Positions 1 through 12,000 of a DNA stretch of 64,000 bases are shown here, one piece after another. The notes beneath the pieces were generated by a model, which ran no database searches, was not told the DNA's origin, and saw nothing but the letters and a program-made list of their open reading frames with translations. Each line of letters begins with the position of its first letter. Positions within the stretch are counted from its first letter, which is position 1. This stretch comes from Centroscyllium fabricii. Lineage: Eukaryota. The DNA is taken from contig JBNRSN020000012.1 of NCBI GenBank assembly GCA_051313645.2, forward strand, positions 2,604,001-2,668,000, written 5' to 3'. A program made the translations under genes and the position numbers.

Positions 1-3000
1 GAGTGAGAGTGTGGGAGGACTGAGTGAAGAGTGAGAGTGTGGGAGGAGCTCAGTGAAGAGTGAGAGTGTGGGAGAGACTGAGTGAAGAGTGAGAGTGTGG
101 GAGGAGCTCAGTGAAGAGTGAGAATATGGAGGGACTGAGTGAAGAGTGAGAGTGTGTGAGGGACTGAGTGAAGAGTGAGAGTGTGGGGGAGCTCAGTGAA
201 GAGTGAGAGTGTGGGAGGAGCTCAGTGAAGTGTGAGAGGGTGGGAGGAGCAGAGTGAAGAGTGAGAGTGTGGGGGGAGCTCAGTGAAGATTGTGAGTGTG
301 GGAGGGACTCAGTGAAGGGTGAGAGTGTGGGAGGAGCTCAGTGAAGAGTGAGAGTGTGGGAGGGAATGAGTGAAGAGTGAGAGTGTGGGAGGAGCAGAGT
401 GAAGCGTGAGAGTGTGGGAGGGACTGAGTGAAGAGAGAGAGTGTGGGAGGAGCTCAGTGAAGAGTGAGAGTGTGGGAGGAGCAGAGTGAAGAGTGAGAGT
501 GTGGGAGGAGCTCAGTGAAGAGGTTGAGTGTGGGAGGGACTGAGTGAAGAGTGAGAGTGTGGGGGGAGCTCAGTGAAGAGTGAGAGTGTGGGAGGAGCTC
601 AGTGAAGAGTGAGATTGTGGGAGGACCTGAGTGAAGAGTGAAAGTGTGGGAGGAGCTCAGTGAAGAGTGAGAGTGTGGGAGGAGCTCAGTGAAGAGTGAG
701 AGTGTGGGAGGAGCTCAGTGAAGAGTGAGAGTGTGGGAGGGACTGAGTCAAGAGTGAGAGTATGGGAGGGACTGAGTGAAGAGTGAGAGTGTGGGAGGGA
801 CTCAGTGAAGAGTGAGAGTGTGGGAGGAGCTCAGTGAAGAGTGAGAGGGTGGGAGGAGCTCAGTGAAGAGTGAGAGTGTGGGAGGAGCTCAGTGAAGAGT
901 GAGAGTGTGGGAGGAGCTCAGTGAAGAGTGAGAGTGTGGGAGGGACTCAGTGAAGAGTGAGAGTATGGGAGGGACTGAGTGAAGAGTGAGAGTGTGGGAG
1001 GAGCAGAGTGAAGAGTGAGAGTGTGGGAGGCACTCAGTGAAGAGTGAGAGTGTGGGAGGGACTCAGTGAAGAGTGAGAGTATGGGAGGGACTGAGTGAAG
1101 AGTGAGAGTGTGGGAGGAGCAGAGTGAAGAGTGAGAGTGTGGTGGGAGCTCAGTGAAGAGTGAGAGTGTGGGACGGACTGAGTGAAGAGTGAGAGTGTGG
1201 GAGGAGCTCAGTGAAGAGTGAGAGTGTGGGAGGGACTCAGTGAAGAGTGAGAGTGTGGGAGGAGCTCAGTGAAGAGTGAAAGTATGGGAGTGACTGAGTG
1301 AAGAGTGAGAGTGTGGGAGGGACTCAATGAAGAGTGAGAGTGTGGGAGGAGCAGAGTGAAGAGTGAGAGTGTGGGAGGGACTGAGTGAAGAGTGAGAGTG
1401 TGGGAGGGACTCAGTGAAGAGTGAAAGTATGGGAGGGACTGAGTGAAGAGTGAGAGTGTGGGAGGAGCTCAGTGAAGAGTGAGAGTGTGGGAGGGACTCA
1501 GTGAAGAGTGAGTGTGTTGGAGGAGCTCAGTGAAGAGTGAGAGTGTGGTAGGGACTCAGTGAAGAGTGAGAATGTGGGAGGGACTGAGTGAAGAGTGAGA
1601 GTGTGGGAGGGACTGAGTGAAGAGTGAGAGTGTGGGAGGAGCTCAGTGAAGAGTGAGATTGTGTGAGGGACTGAGTGAAGAGTGAGAGTGTTGGAGGAGC
1701 TCAGTGAAGAGTGAGAGTGTGGGAGGTACTCAGTGAAGAGTGAGAGTCTGGGAGGAGCTCAGTGAAGAATGAGAGTGTGGGAGGGACTCAGTGAAGAGTG
1801 AGAGTGTGGGAGGAGCTCAGTGAAGAGTGAGAGTGTGGGAGGAGCTCAGTGAAGAGTGAGAGTGTGGGAGGGACTCAGTGAAGAGTGAGAGTGTGGGAGG
1901 AGCTCAGTGAAGAGTGAGAGTGTGGGAGGGACTCAGTGAAGAGTGAGAGTGTGGGAGGGACTGAGTGAAGAGTGAGAGTGTGGGAGGAGCTCAGTGAATA
2001 GTGAGAGTGTGGGAGGAGCAGAGTGAAGAGTGAGAGTGTGGGAGGGACTGAGTGAAGAGTGAGAGTGTGGGAGGGACTCAGTGAAGAGTGAGAGTGTGAG
2101 AGGAGCTCAGTGAAGAGTGAGAGTGTGGGAGGAGCTCAGTGAAGAGTGAGAGTGTGGGAGGGACTGAGTGAATAGTGAGAGTGTGGGAGGAGATCAGTGA
2201 AGAGTGAGAGTGTGGGAGGAGCTCAGTGAAGAGTGAGAGTGTGGGAGGGACTGAGTGAAGAGTGAGAGAGTGGGAGGGACTGAGTGAAGAGTGAGTGTGG
2301 GAGGAGCTCAGCGAAGAGTGAGAGTGCGGGAGGAGCTCAGTGAAGAGTGAGAGTGTGGGAGGAGCTCAGTGAAGAGTGAGTGTGTGGGAGGGACTGAGTG
2401 AAGAGTGAGAGTGTGGGAGGGACTCAGTGAAGATTGAGAGTGTGGGAGGGACTCAGTGAAGAGTGAGAGTGTGGGAGGAGCTCAGTGAAGAGTGAGAGTG
2501 TGGGAGGGGCTGAGTGAATAGTGAGAGTGTGGGAGGAGCTCAGTGAAGAGTGAGAGTATGGGAGGAGCTCAGTGAAGAGTGAGAGTGTGGGAGGGACTCA
2601 GTGAAGAGTGAGAGTGTGGGAGGGACTGAGTGAAGAGTGAGAGTGTGGGAGGGACTGAGTGAAGAGTGAGAGTGTGAGAGGAGCTCAGTGAATAGTGAGA
2701 GTGTGGGAGGGACTGAGTGAAGAGTGAGAGTGTTGGAGGAGTTCAGTGAAGAGTGAGAGAGTGGGAGGGACTCAGTGAAGAGGGAGAGTGTGGGAGGAGC
2801 TCAGTGAAGAGTGAGAGTGTGGGAGGGACTCAGTGAAGAGTGAGAGTGTGGGAGGAGCTCAGTGAAGAGTGAGCGTGTGGGAGGGACTCAGTGAAGAGTG
2901 AGAGTGTGGGAGGGACTCAGTGAAGAGTGAGAGTGTTGGAGGAGCTCAGTGAAGAGTGAGAGTGTGGGAGGAGCTCAGTGGAGAGTGAGAGTGTGGGAGG

Positions 3001-6000
3001 AGCTCAGTGAAGATTGAGAGTGTGGGAGGAGCTCAGTGAAGAGTGAGAGTGTGGGAGGAGCTCAGTGAAGAGTGAGAGTGTGGGAGGAGCTCAGTGAAGA
3101 GTGAGAGTGTGGGAGGAGCTCAGTGATGAGTGAGAGTGTGGGAGGAGCTCAGTGAAGAGTGAGAGTGTGGGAGAGACTGAGTGAAGAGTGAGAGTGTGGG
3201 AGGAGCTCAGTGAAGAGTGAGCGTGTGGGAGGAGCTCAGTGAAGAGTGAGATTGTGGGAGAGACTGAGTGAAGAGTGAGAGTGTGGGAGGAGCTCAGTGA
3301 AGAGTGAGAGTGTGGGAGGAGCTCAGTGAAGAGTGAGAGTATGGGAGTGACTGAGTGAAGAGTGAGAGTGTGGGAGGGACTGAGTGAAGAGTGAGAGTGT
3401 GGGGGGAGCTCAGTGAAGAGTGAGAGTGTGGGAGGAGCTCAGTGAAGAGTGAGAGGGTGGGAGGAGCAGAGTGAAGAGTGAGAGTGTGGGGGGAGCTCAG
3501 TGAAGAGTGAGAGTGTGGGAGGGACTCAGTGAAGAGTGAAAGTATGGGAGGGACTGAGTGAAGAGTGAGAGTGTGGGAGGAGCTCAGTGAAGAGTGAGAG
3601 TGTGGGAGGGACTCAGTGAAGAGTGAGAGTGTTGGAGGAGCTCAGTGAAGAGTGAGAGTGTGGTAGGGACTCAGTGAAGAGTGAGAATGTGGGAGGGACT
3701 GAGTGAAGAGTGAGAGTGTGGGAGGGACTGAGTGAAGAGTGAGAGTGTGGGAGGAGCTCAGTGAAGAGTGAGAGTGTGGGAGAGACTGAGTGAAGAGTGA
3801 GAGTGTGGGAGGAGCTCAGTGAAGAGTGAGAATATGGGAGGGACTGAGTGAAGAGTGAGAGTGTGTGAGGGACTGAGTGAAGAGTGAGAGTGTGGGGGGA
3901 GCTCAGTGAAGAGTGAGAGTGTGGGAGGAGCTCAGTGAAGTGTGAGAGGGTGGGAGGAGCAGAGTGAAGAGTGAGAGTGTGGGGGGAGCTCAGTGAAGAT
4001 TGTGAGTGTGGGAGGGACTCAGTGAAGGGTGAGAGTGTGGGAGGAGCTCAGTGAAGAGTGAGAGTGTGGGAGGGAATGAGTGAAGAGTGAGAGTGTGGGA
4101 GGAGCAGAGTGAAGCGTGAGAGTGTGGGAGGGACTGAGTGAAGAGAGAGAGTGTGGGAGGAGCTCAGTGAAGAGTGAGAGTGTGGGAGGAGCAGAGTGAA
4201 GAGTGAGAGTGTGGGAGGAGCTCAGTGAAGAGGTTGAGTGTGGGAGGGACTGAGTGAAGAGTGAGAGTGTGGGGGGAGCTCAGTGAAGAGTGAGAGTGTG
4301 GGAGGAGCTCAGTGAAGAGTGAGATTGTGGGAGGACCTGAGTGAAGAGTGAAAGTGTGGGAGGAGCTCAGTGAAGAGTGAGAGTGTGGGAGGAGCTCAGT
4401 GAAGAGTGAGAGTGTGGGAGGAGCTCAGTGAAGAGTGAGAGTGTGGGAGGGACTGAGTCAAGAGTGAGAGTATGGGAGGGACTGAGTGAAGAGTGAGAGT
4501 GTGGGAGGGACTCAGTGAAGAGTGAGAGTGTGGGAGGAGCTCAGTGAAGAGTGAGAGGGTGGGAGGAGCTCAGTGAAGAGTGAGAGTGTGGGAGGAGCTC
4601 AGTGAAGAGTGAGAGTGTGGGAGGAGCTCAGTGAAGAGTGAGAGTGTGGGAGGGACTCAGTGAAGAGTGAGAGTATGGGAGGGACTGAGTGAAGAGTGAG
4701 AGTGTGGGAGGAGCAGAGTGAAGAGTGAGAGTGTGGGAGGCACTCAGTGAAGAGTGAGAGTGTGGGAGGGACTCAGTGAAGAGTGAGAGTATGGGAGGGA
4801 CTGAGTGAAGAGTGAGAGTGTGGGAGGAGCAGAGTGAAGAGTGAGAGTGTGGTGGGAGCTCAGTGAAGAGTGAGAGTGTGGGACGGACTGAGTGAAGAGT
4901 GAGAGTGTGGGAGGAGCTCAGTGAAGAGTGAGAGTGTGGGAGGGACTCAGTGAAGAGTGAGAGTGTGGGAGGAGCTCAGTGAAGAGTGAAAGTATGGGAG
5001 TGACTGAGTGAAGAGTGAGAGTGTGGGAGGGACTCAATGAAGAGTGAGAGTGTGGGAGGAGCAGAGTGAAGAGTGAGAGTGTGGGAGGGACTGAGTGAAG
5101 AGTGAGAGTGTGGGAGGGACTCAGTGAAGAGTGAAAGTATGGGAGGGACTGAGTGAAGAGTGAGAGTGTGGGAGGAGCTCAGTGAAGAGTGAGAGTGTGG
5201 GAGGGACTCAGTGAAGAGTGAGTGTGTTGGAGGAGCTCAGTGAAGAGTGAGAGTGTGGTAGGGACTCAGTGAAGAGTGAGAATGTGGGAGGGACTGAGTG
5301 AAGAGTGAGAGTGTGGGAGGGACTGAGTGAAGAGTGAGAGTGTGGGAGGAGCTCAGTGAAGAGTGAGATTGTGTGAGGGACTGAGTGAAGAGTGAGAGTG
5401 TTGGAGGAGCTCAGTGAAGAGTGAGAGTGTGGGAGGTACTCAGTGAAGAGTGAGAGTCTGGGAGGAGCTCAGTGAAGAATGAGAGTGTGGGAGGGACTCA
5501 GTGAAGAGTGAGAGTGTGGGAGGAGCTCAGTGAAGAGTGAGAGTGTGGGAGGAGCTCAGTGAAGAGTGAGAGTGTGGGAGGGACTCAGTGAAGAGTGAGA
5601 GTGTGGGAGGAGCTCAGTGAAGAGTGAGAGTGTGGGAGGGACTCAGTGAAGAGTGAGAGTGTGGGAGGGACTGAGTGAAGAGTGAGAGTGTGGGAGGAGC
5701 TCAGTGAATAGTGAGAGTGTGGGAGGAGCAGAGTGAAGAGTGAGAGTGTGGGAGGGACTGAGTGAAGAGTGAGAGTGTGGGAGGGACTCAGTGAAGAGTG
5801 AGAGTGTGAGAGGAGCTCAGTGAAGAGTGAGAGTGTGGGAGGAGCTCAGTGAAGAGTGAGAGTGTGGGAGGGACTGAGTGAATAGTGAGAGTGTGGGAGG
5901 AGATCAGTGAAGAGTGAGAGTGTGGGAGGAGCTCAGTGAAGAGTGAGAGTGTGGGAGGGACTGAGTGAAGAGTGAGAGAGTGGGAGGGACTGAGTGAAGA

Positions 6001-9000
6001 GTGAGTGTGGGAGGAGCTCAGCGAAGAGTGAGAGTGCGGGAGGAGCTCAGTGAAGAGTGAGAGTGTGGGAGGAGCTCAGTGAAGAGTGAGTGTGTGGGAG
6101 GGACTGAGTGAAGAGTGAGAGTGTGGGAGGGACTCAGTGAAGATTGAGAGTGTGGGAGGGACTCAGTGAAGAGTGAGAGTGTGGGAGGAGCTCAGTGAAG
6201 AGTGAGAGTGTGGGAGGGGCTGAGTGAATAGTGAGAGTGTGGGAGGAGCTCAGTGAAGAGTGAGAGTATGGGAGGAGCTCAGTGAAGAGTGAGAGTGTGG
6301 GAGGGACTCAGTGAAGAGTGAGAGTGTGGGAGGGACTGAGTGAAGAGTGAGAGTGTGGGAGGGACTGAGTGAAGAGTGAGAGTGTGAGAGGAGCTCAGTG
6401 AATAGTGAGAGTGTGGGAGGGACTGAGTGAAGAGTGAGAGTGTTGGAGGAGTTCAGTGAAGAGTGAGAGAGTGGGAGGGACTCAGTGAAGAGGGAGAGTG
6501 TGGGAGGAGCTCAGTGAAGAGTGAGAGTGTGGGAGGGACTCAGTGAAGAGTGAGAGTGTGGGAGGAGCTCAGTGAAGAGTGAGCGTGTGGGAGGGACTCA
6601 GTGAAGAGTGAGAGTGTGGGAGGGACTCAGTGAAGAGTGAGAGTGTGGGAGGGACTCAGTGAAGAGTGAGAGTGTGGGAGGGACTCAGTGAAGAGTGAGA
6701 GTGTGGGAGGAGCTCAGTGAAGAGTGAGAGTGTGGGAGGGACTCAGTGAAGAGTGAGAGTGTGGGAGGGACTGAGTGAAGAGTGAGAGTGTGGGAGGAGC
6801 TCAGTGAAGAGTGAGAGTGTGGGAGGGTCTGAGTGAAGAGTGAGAGTGTGGGAGGAGCTCAGTGAAGAGTGAGAGTGTGGGAGGAGCTCAGTGAAGACGA
6901 GAGTGTGGGATGAGCTCAGTGAAGAGTGAGAGTGTGGGAGGGACTGAGTGAAGAGTGAGAGTGCGGGAGGAGCTCAGTGAAGAGTGAGAGTGTGGGAGGG
7001 ACTGAGTGAAGAGTGAGAGTGTGAGAGGAGCTCAGTGAAGAGTGAGAGTGTGGGAGGGACTCAGTGAAGAATGAGAGTGTGAGAGGAGCTCAGTGAAGAG
7101 TGAGTGTGTGGGAGGGATTGAGTGAAGAGTGAGTGTGGGAGGAGCTCAGTGAAGAGTGAGAGTGCGGGTGGAGCTCAGTGAAGAGTGAGAGTGTGGGAGG
7201 AGCTCAGTGAAGAGTGAGAGTGTGGGAGGGACTCAGTGAAGAGTGAGAGTGTGGGAGGAGCTCCATGAAGAGTGAGAGTGTGGGAGGAGCTCAGTGAAGA
7301 GTGAGAGTGTGGGAGGAGCTCAGTGAAGAGTGAGAGTGTGGGAGGGACTCAGTGAAGAGTGAGAGTGTGGGAGGAGCTCAGTGAAGAGTGAGAGTGTGGG
7401 AGGAGCTCAGTGAAGAGTGAGAGTGCGGGAGGGACTCAGTGAAGAGTGAGAGTGTGGGAGGAGCTCAGTGAAGAGTGAGAGTGTGGGAAGGTCTCAGTGA
7501 AGAGTGAGAGTGTGGGAGGGACTCAGTGAAGAGTGAGAGTGTGGAGGGAGCTCAGTGAAGAGTGAGAGTGTGGGAGGAGCTCAGTGAAGTGTGAGAGTGT
7601 GGGAGGAGCTCAGTGAAGAGTGAGAGTGTGGGAGGAGCTCAGTGAAGAGTGAGCGTGTGGGAGGAGCTCAGTGAAGAGTGAGAGTGTGGGAGGAGCTCAG
7701 TGAAGAGTGAGAGTGTGGAGGGACTGAGTGAAGAGTGAGAGTGTGGGAGGGACTGAGTGAAGAGTGAGAGTGTGGGAGGGACTCAGTGAAGAGTGAGACT
7801 GTGGGAGGGACTGAGTGAAGAGTGAGAGTGTGTGAGGGACTGAGTGAAGAGTGAGTGTGGGAGGAGCTCAGTGAAGAGTGAGAGTGCGGAAGGGGCTCAG
7901 TGAAGAGTGAGAGTGTGGGAGGAGCTCAGTGAAGAGTGAGAGTGTGGGAGGGACTGAGTGAAGAGTGAGACTGTGGGACGGACTGAGTGAAGAGTGAGAG
8001 TGTTGGAGGGACTGAGTGAAGAGTGAGTGTGGGAGGAGCTCAGTGAAGAGTGAGAGTGCGGGAGGAGCTCAGTGAAGAGTGAGAGTGTGGGAGGAGCTCA
8101 GTGAAGAGTGAGAGTGTGGGAGGGACTGAGTGAAGAGTGAGAGTGTGGGAGGGACTCAGTGAAGATTGAGAGTGTGGGAGGGACTCAGTGAAGAGTGAGA
8201 GTGTGGGAGGAGCTCAGTGAAGAGTGAGAGTGTGGGAGGAACTGAGTGAATAGTGAGAGTGTGGGAGGATCTCAGTGAAGAGTGAGAGTGTGGGAGGAGC
8301 TCAGTGAAGAGTGAGAGTGTGGGAGGGACTGAGTGAAGAGTGAGAATGTGGGAGGGACTCAGTGAAGAGTGAGAGTGTTGGAGGAGCTCAGTGAAGAGTG
8401 AGAGTGTGGGAGGGACTCAGTGAAGAGTGAGAGTGTGGGAGGGACTGAGTGAAGAGTGAGAGTGTGGGAGGGACTGAGTGAAGAGTGAGAGTGTGAGAGG
8501 AGCTCAGTGAATAGTGAGAGTGTGGGAGGGACTGAGTGAAGAGTGAGAGTGTTGGATGAGTTCAGTGAAGAGTGAGAGTGTGGGAGGGACTCAGTGAAGA
8601 GTGAGAGTGTGGGAGGAGCTCAGTGAAGCGTGAGAGTGTGGGAGGGACTCAGTGAAGAGTGAGAGTGTGGGAGGAGCTCAGTGAAGAGTGAGAGTGCGGG
8701 AGGAGCTCAGTGAAGAGTGAGAGTGCGGGAGGAGCTCAGTGAAGAGTGAGAGTGTGGGAGGGACTCAGTGAAGAGTGAGAGTGTGGGAGCGACTCAGTGA
8801 AGAGTGAGAGTGTGGGAGGAGCTCAGTGAAGAGTGAGAGTGTGGGAGGGACTCAGTTAAGAGTGAGAGTGTGGGAGGGACTGAGTGAAGAGTTAGAGTGT
8901 GGGAGGAGCTCAGTGAAGAGTGAGAGTGTGGGAGGGTCTGAGTGAAGAGTGAGAGTGTGGGAGGAGCTCATTGAAGAGTGAGAGTGTGGGAGGAGCTCAG

Positions 9001-12000
9001 TGAAGAGTGAGAGTGTGGGAGGAGCTCAGTGAAGAGTGAGTGTGTGGGAGGGACTGAGTGAAGAGTGAGTGTGGGAGGAGCTCAGTGAAGAGTGAGAGAG
9101 CGGGAGGAGCTCAGTGAAGAGTGAGTGTGTGGGAGGGACTGAGTGAAGAGTGAGAGTGTGGGAGGGATTCAGTGAAGATTGAGAGTGTGGGTGGGACTCA
9201 GTGAAGAGTGAGAGTGTGGGAGGTGCTCAGTGAAGAGTGAGAGTGTGGGAGGAGCTCCATGAAGAGTGAGAGTGTGGGAGGAGCTCAGTGAAGAGTGAGA
9301 GTGTGGGAGGGACTCAGTGAAGAGTGAGAGTGTGGGAGGAGCTCAGTGAAGAGTGAGAGTGTGGGAGGAGCTCAGTGAAGAGTGAGAGTGTGGGAGGGAC
9401 TCAGTGAAGAGTGAGAGTGTGGGAGGAGCTCAGTGAAGAGTGAGAGTGTGGGAGGGTCTCAGTGAAGAGTGAGAGTGTGGAGGGACTCAGTGAAGAGTGA
9501 GAGTGTGGGAGGAGCAGAGTGAAGAGTGAGAGTGTGGAGGGACTGAGTGAAGAGTGAGAGTGTTGGAGGAGCTCAGTGAAGAGTGAGAGTGTGGGAGGAG
9601 CTCAGTGAAGATTGAGCGTGTGGGAGGAGCTCAGTGAAGAGTGAGAGTGTGGAGGGACTGCGTGAAGAGTGAGAGTGTTGGAGGGATTGAGTGAAGAGTG
9701 AGAGTGTGGGAGGAACTCAGTGAAGAGTGAGAGTGTGGGAGGGACTGAGTGAAGAGTGAGAGTGTGGGAGGGACTCAGTGAAGAGTGAGACTGTGGGAGG
9801 GACACAGTGAAGAGTGAGAGAATGGGAGGGACTGAGTGAAGAGTGAGAGTGTGGGAGGAGCTCAGTGAAGAGTGAGAGTGTGGGAGGAGCTCAGTGAAGA
9901 GTGAGAGTGTGTAGGGACTGAGTGAAGAGTGAGAGTGTGGAGCGACTGTGTGAAGAGTGAGAGTGTGTGAGGGTCTCAGTGAAGAGTGAGAGTGTGGGAG
10001 GGACTCAGTGAAGAGTGAGAGTGTGGGAGGGACTCAGTGAAGAGTGAGAGTGTGGGAGGGACTCAGTGAAGAGTGAGAGTGTGGGAGGGACTGAGTGAAG
10101 AGTGAGAGTGTGGGAGGAGCTCAGTGAAGAGTGAGAGTATGGGAGGGACTGAGTGAAGAGTGAGAGTGTGGGAGGAGCTCAGTGAATGGTGAGAGTGTGG
10201 GAGGAGCTCAGTGAAGAGTGAGAGCGTGGGAGGGACTGAGTGAAGAGTGAGAGTGTGGGAGGGTCTGTGTGAAGAGTGAGAGTGTGGGAGGAGCTCAGTG
10301 AAGAGTGAGAGTGTGGGAGGAGCTCAGTGAAGAGTGAGAGTGTGGGAGGGACTGAGTGAAGAGTGAGAGTGTGGGAGGGACTGAGTGAAGAGTGAGAGTG
10401 TGGGAGGAGCTCAGTGAAGAGTGAGAGTGTTGGAGGGACTGAGTGAATAGTGAGAGTGTGGGAGGGACTCAGTGAAGAGTGAGAGTGTGAGAGGAGCTCA
10501 GTGAAGAGTGAGAGTGTAGGAGGAGCTCAGTGAAGAGTGAGAGTGTGGAGGGACTGAGTGAAGCGTGAGAGTAGCTCAGTAAAGAGTGAGCGTGTGGGAG
10601 GGACTGAGTGAAGAGTGAGAGTGTGGGAGGAGCTCAGTGAAGAGTGAGAGTGTGGGAGGAGCTCAGTGAAGAGTGAGAGTGTGGGAGGGACTCAGTGAAG
10701 AGTGAGAGTGTGGGAGGTACTGAGTGAAGAGTGAGAGTGTGGGAGGATCTCAGTGAAGAGTGAGAGTGTGGGAGGAGCTCAGTGAAGAGTGAGAGTGTGG
10801 GAGGGACTGAATATAGAGTGAGAGTGTGGGAGGAGCTCAGTGAAGAGTGAGAGTGTGGGAGGGACTGAGTGAAGAGTGAGCGTGTGGGAGGAGCTCAGTG
10901 AAGAGTGAGAGTGTGGGAGGAGATCAGTGAAGAGTGAGAGTGTGGGAGGGACTGAGTGAAGAGTGAGAGTGTGGGAGGAGCTCAGTGAAGAGTGAGAGTG
11001 TGGGAGGAGCTCAGTGAAGAGTGAGAGTGTGGGAGGGACTGAGTGAAGAGTGAGAGTGTGGGAGGAGCTCAGTGAAGAGTGAGAGTGTGGGAGGGACTGA
11101 GTGAAGAGTGAGAGTGTGGGAGGAGCTCAGTGAAGAGTGAGAGTGTGGGAGGGACTCAGTGAAGAGTGAGAGTGTGGGGGGAGCTCAGTGAAGAGTGAGT
11201 GTGTGGGAGGAGCTCAGTGAAGAGTGAGAGTGTGGGAGGCACTCAGTGAAGAGTGAGGGTGTGGGAGGGACTCAGTGAAGAGTGAGTGTGGGAGGAGCTC
11301 AATGAAGAGTGAGAGTGTGGGAGGAGCTCATTGAAGAGTGAGCGTGTGGGAGGACCTCAGTGAAGAGTGAGAGTGTGTGAGGGACTGAGTGAAGAGTGAG
11401 AGTGTGGGAGGAGCTCAGTGAAGAGTGAGAGTGTGGGAGGAGCTCAGTGAAGAGTGAGAGTGTGGGAGGAGCTCAGTGAAGAGTGAGAGTGTGGGAGGGA
11501 CTGAGTGAAGAGTGAGAGTGTGGGAGGAGCTCAGTGAAGAGTGAGAGTGTGGGAGGAGCTCAGTGAAGAGTGAGAGTGTGGGAGGAGCTCACTGAAGAGT
11601 GAGAGTGTGTGAGGGACTGAGTGAAGAGTGAGAGTGTGGGAGGAGCTCAGTGAAGAGTGAGAGTGTGGGAGGTGCTCAGTGAAGAGTGAGAGTGTGGGAG
11701 GAGCTCAGTGAAGAGTGAGAGCGTGGGAGGAGCTCAGTGAAGAGTGAGAGTGTGGGAGGGGCTGAGTGAAGAGTGAGAGTGCGGGAGGAGTTCAGTGAAG
11801 AGTGAGCGTGTTGGAGTGACTCAGTGAAGAGTGAGAGTGTGGGAGGAGCTCCGTGAAGAGTGAGCGTGTGGGAGGAGCTCAGTGAAGAGTGAGAGTGTGG
11901 GAGGAGCTCAGTGAAGAGTGAGAGTGTGGGAGGAGCTCAGTGAAGAGTGAGAGTGTGGGAGGAGCTCAGTGAAGAGTGAGCATGTGGGAGGAGCTCAGTG

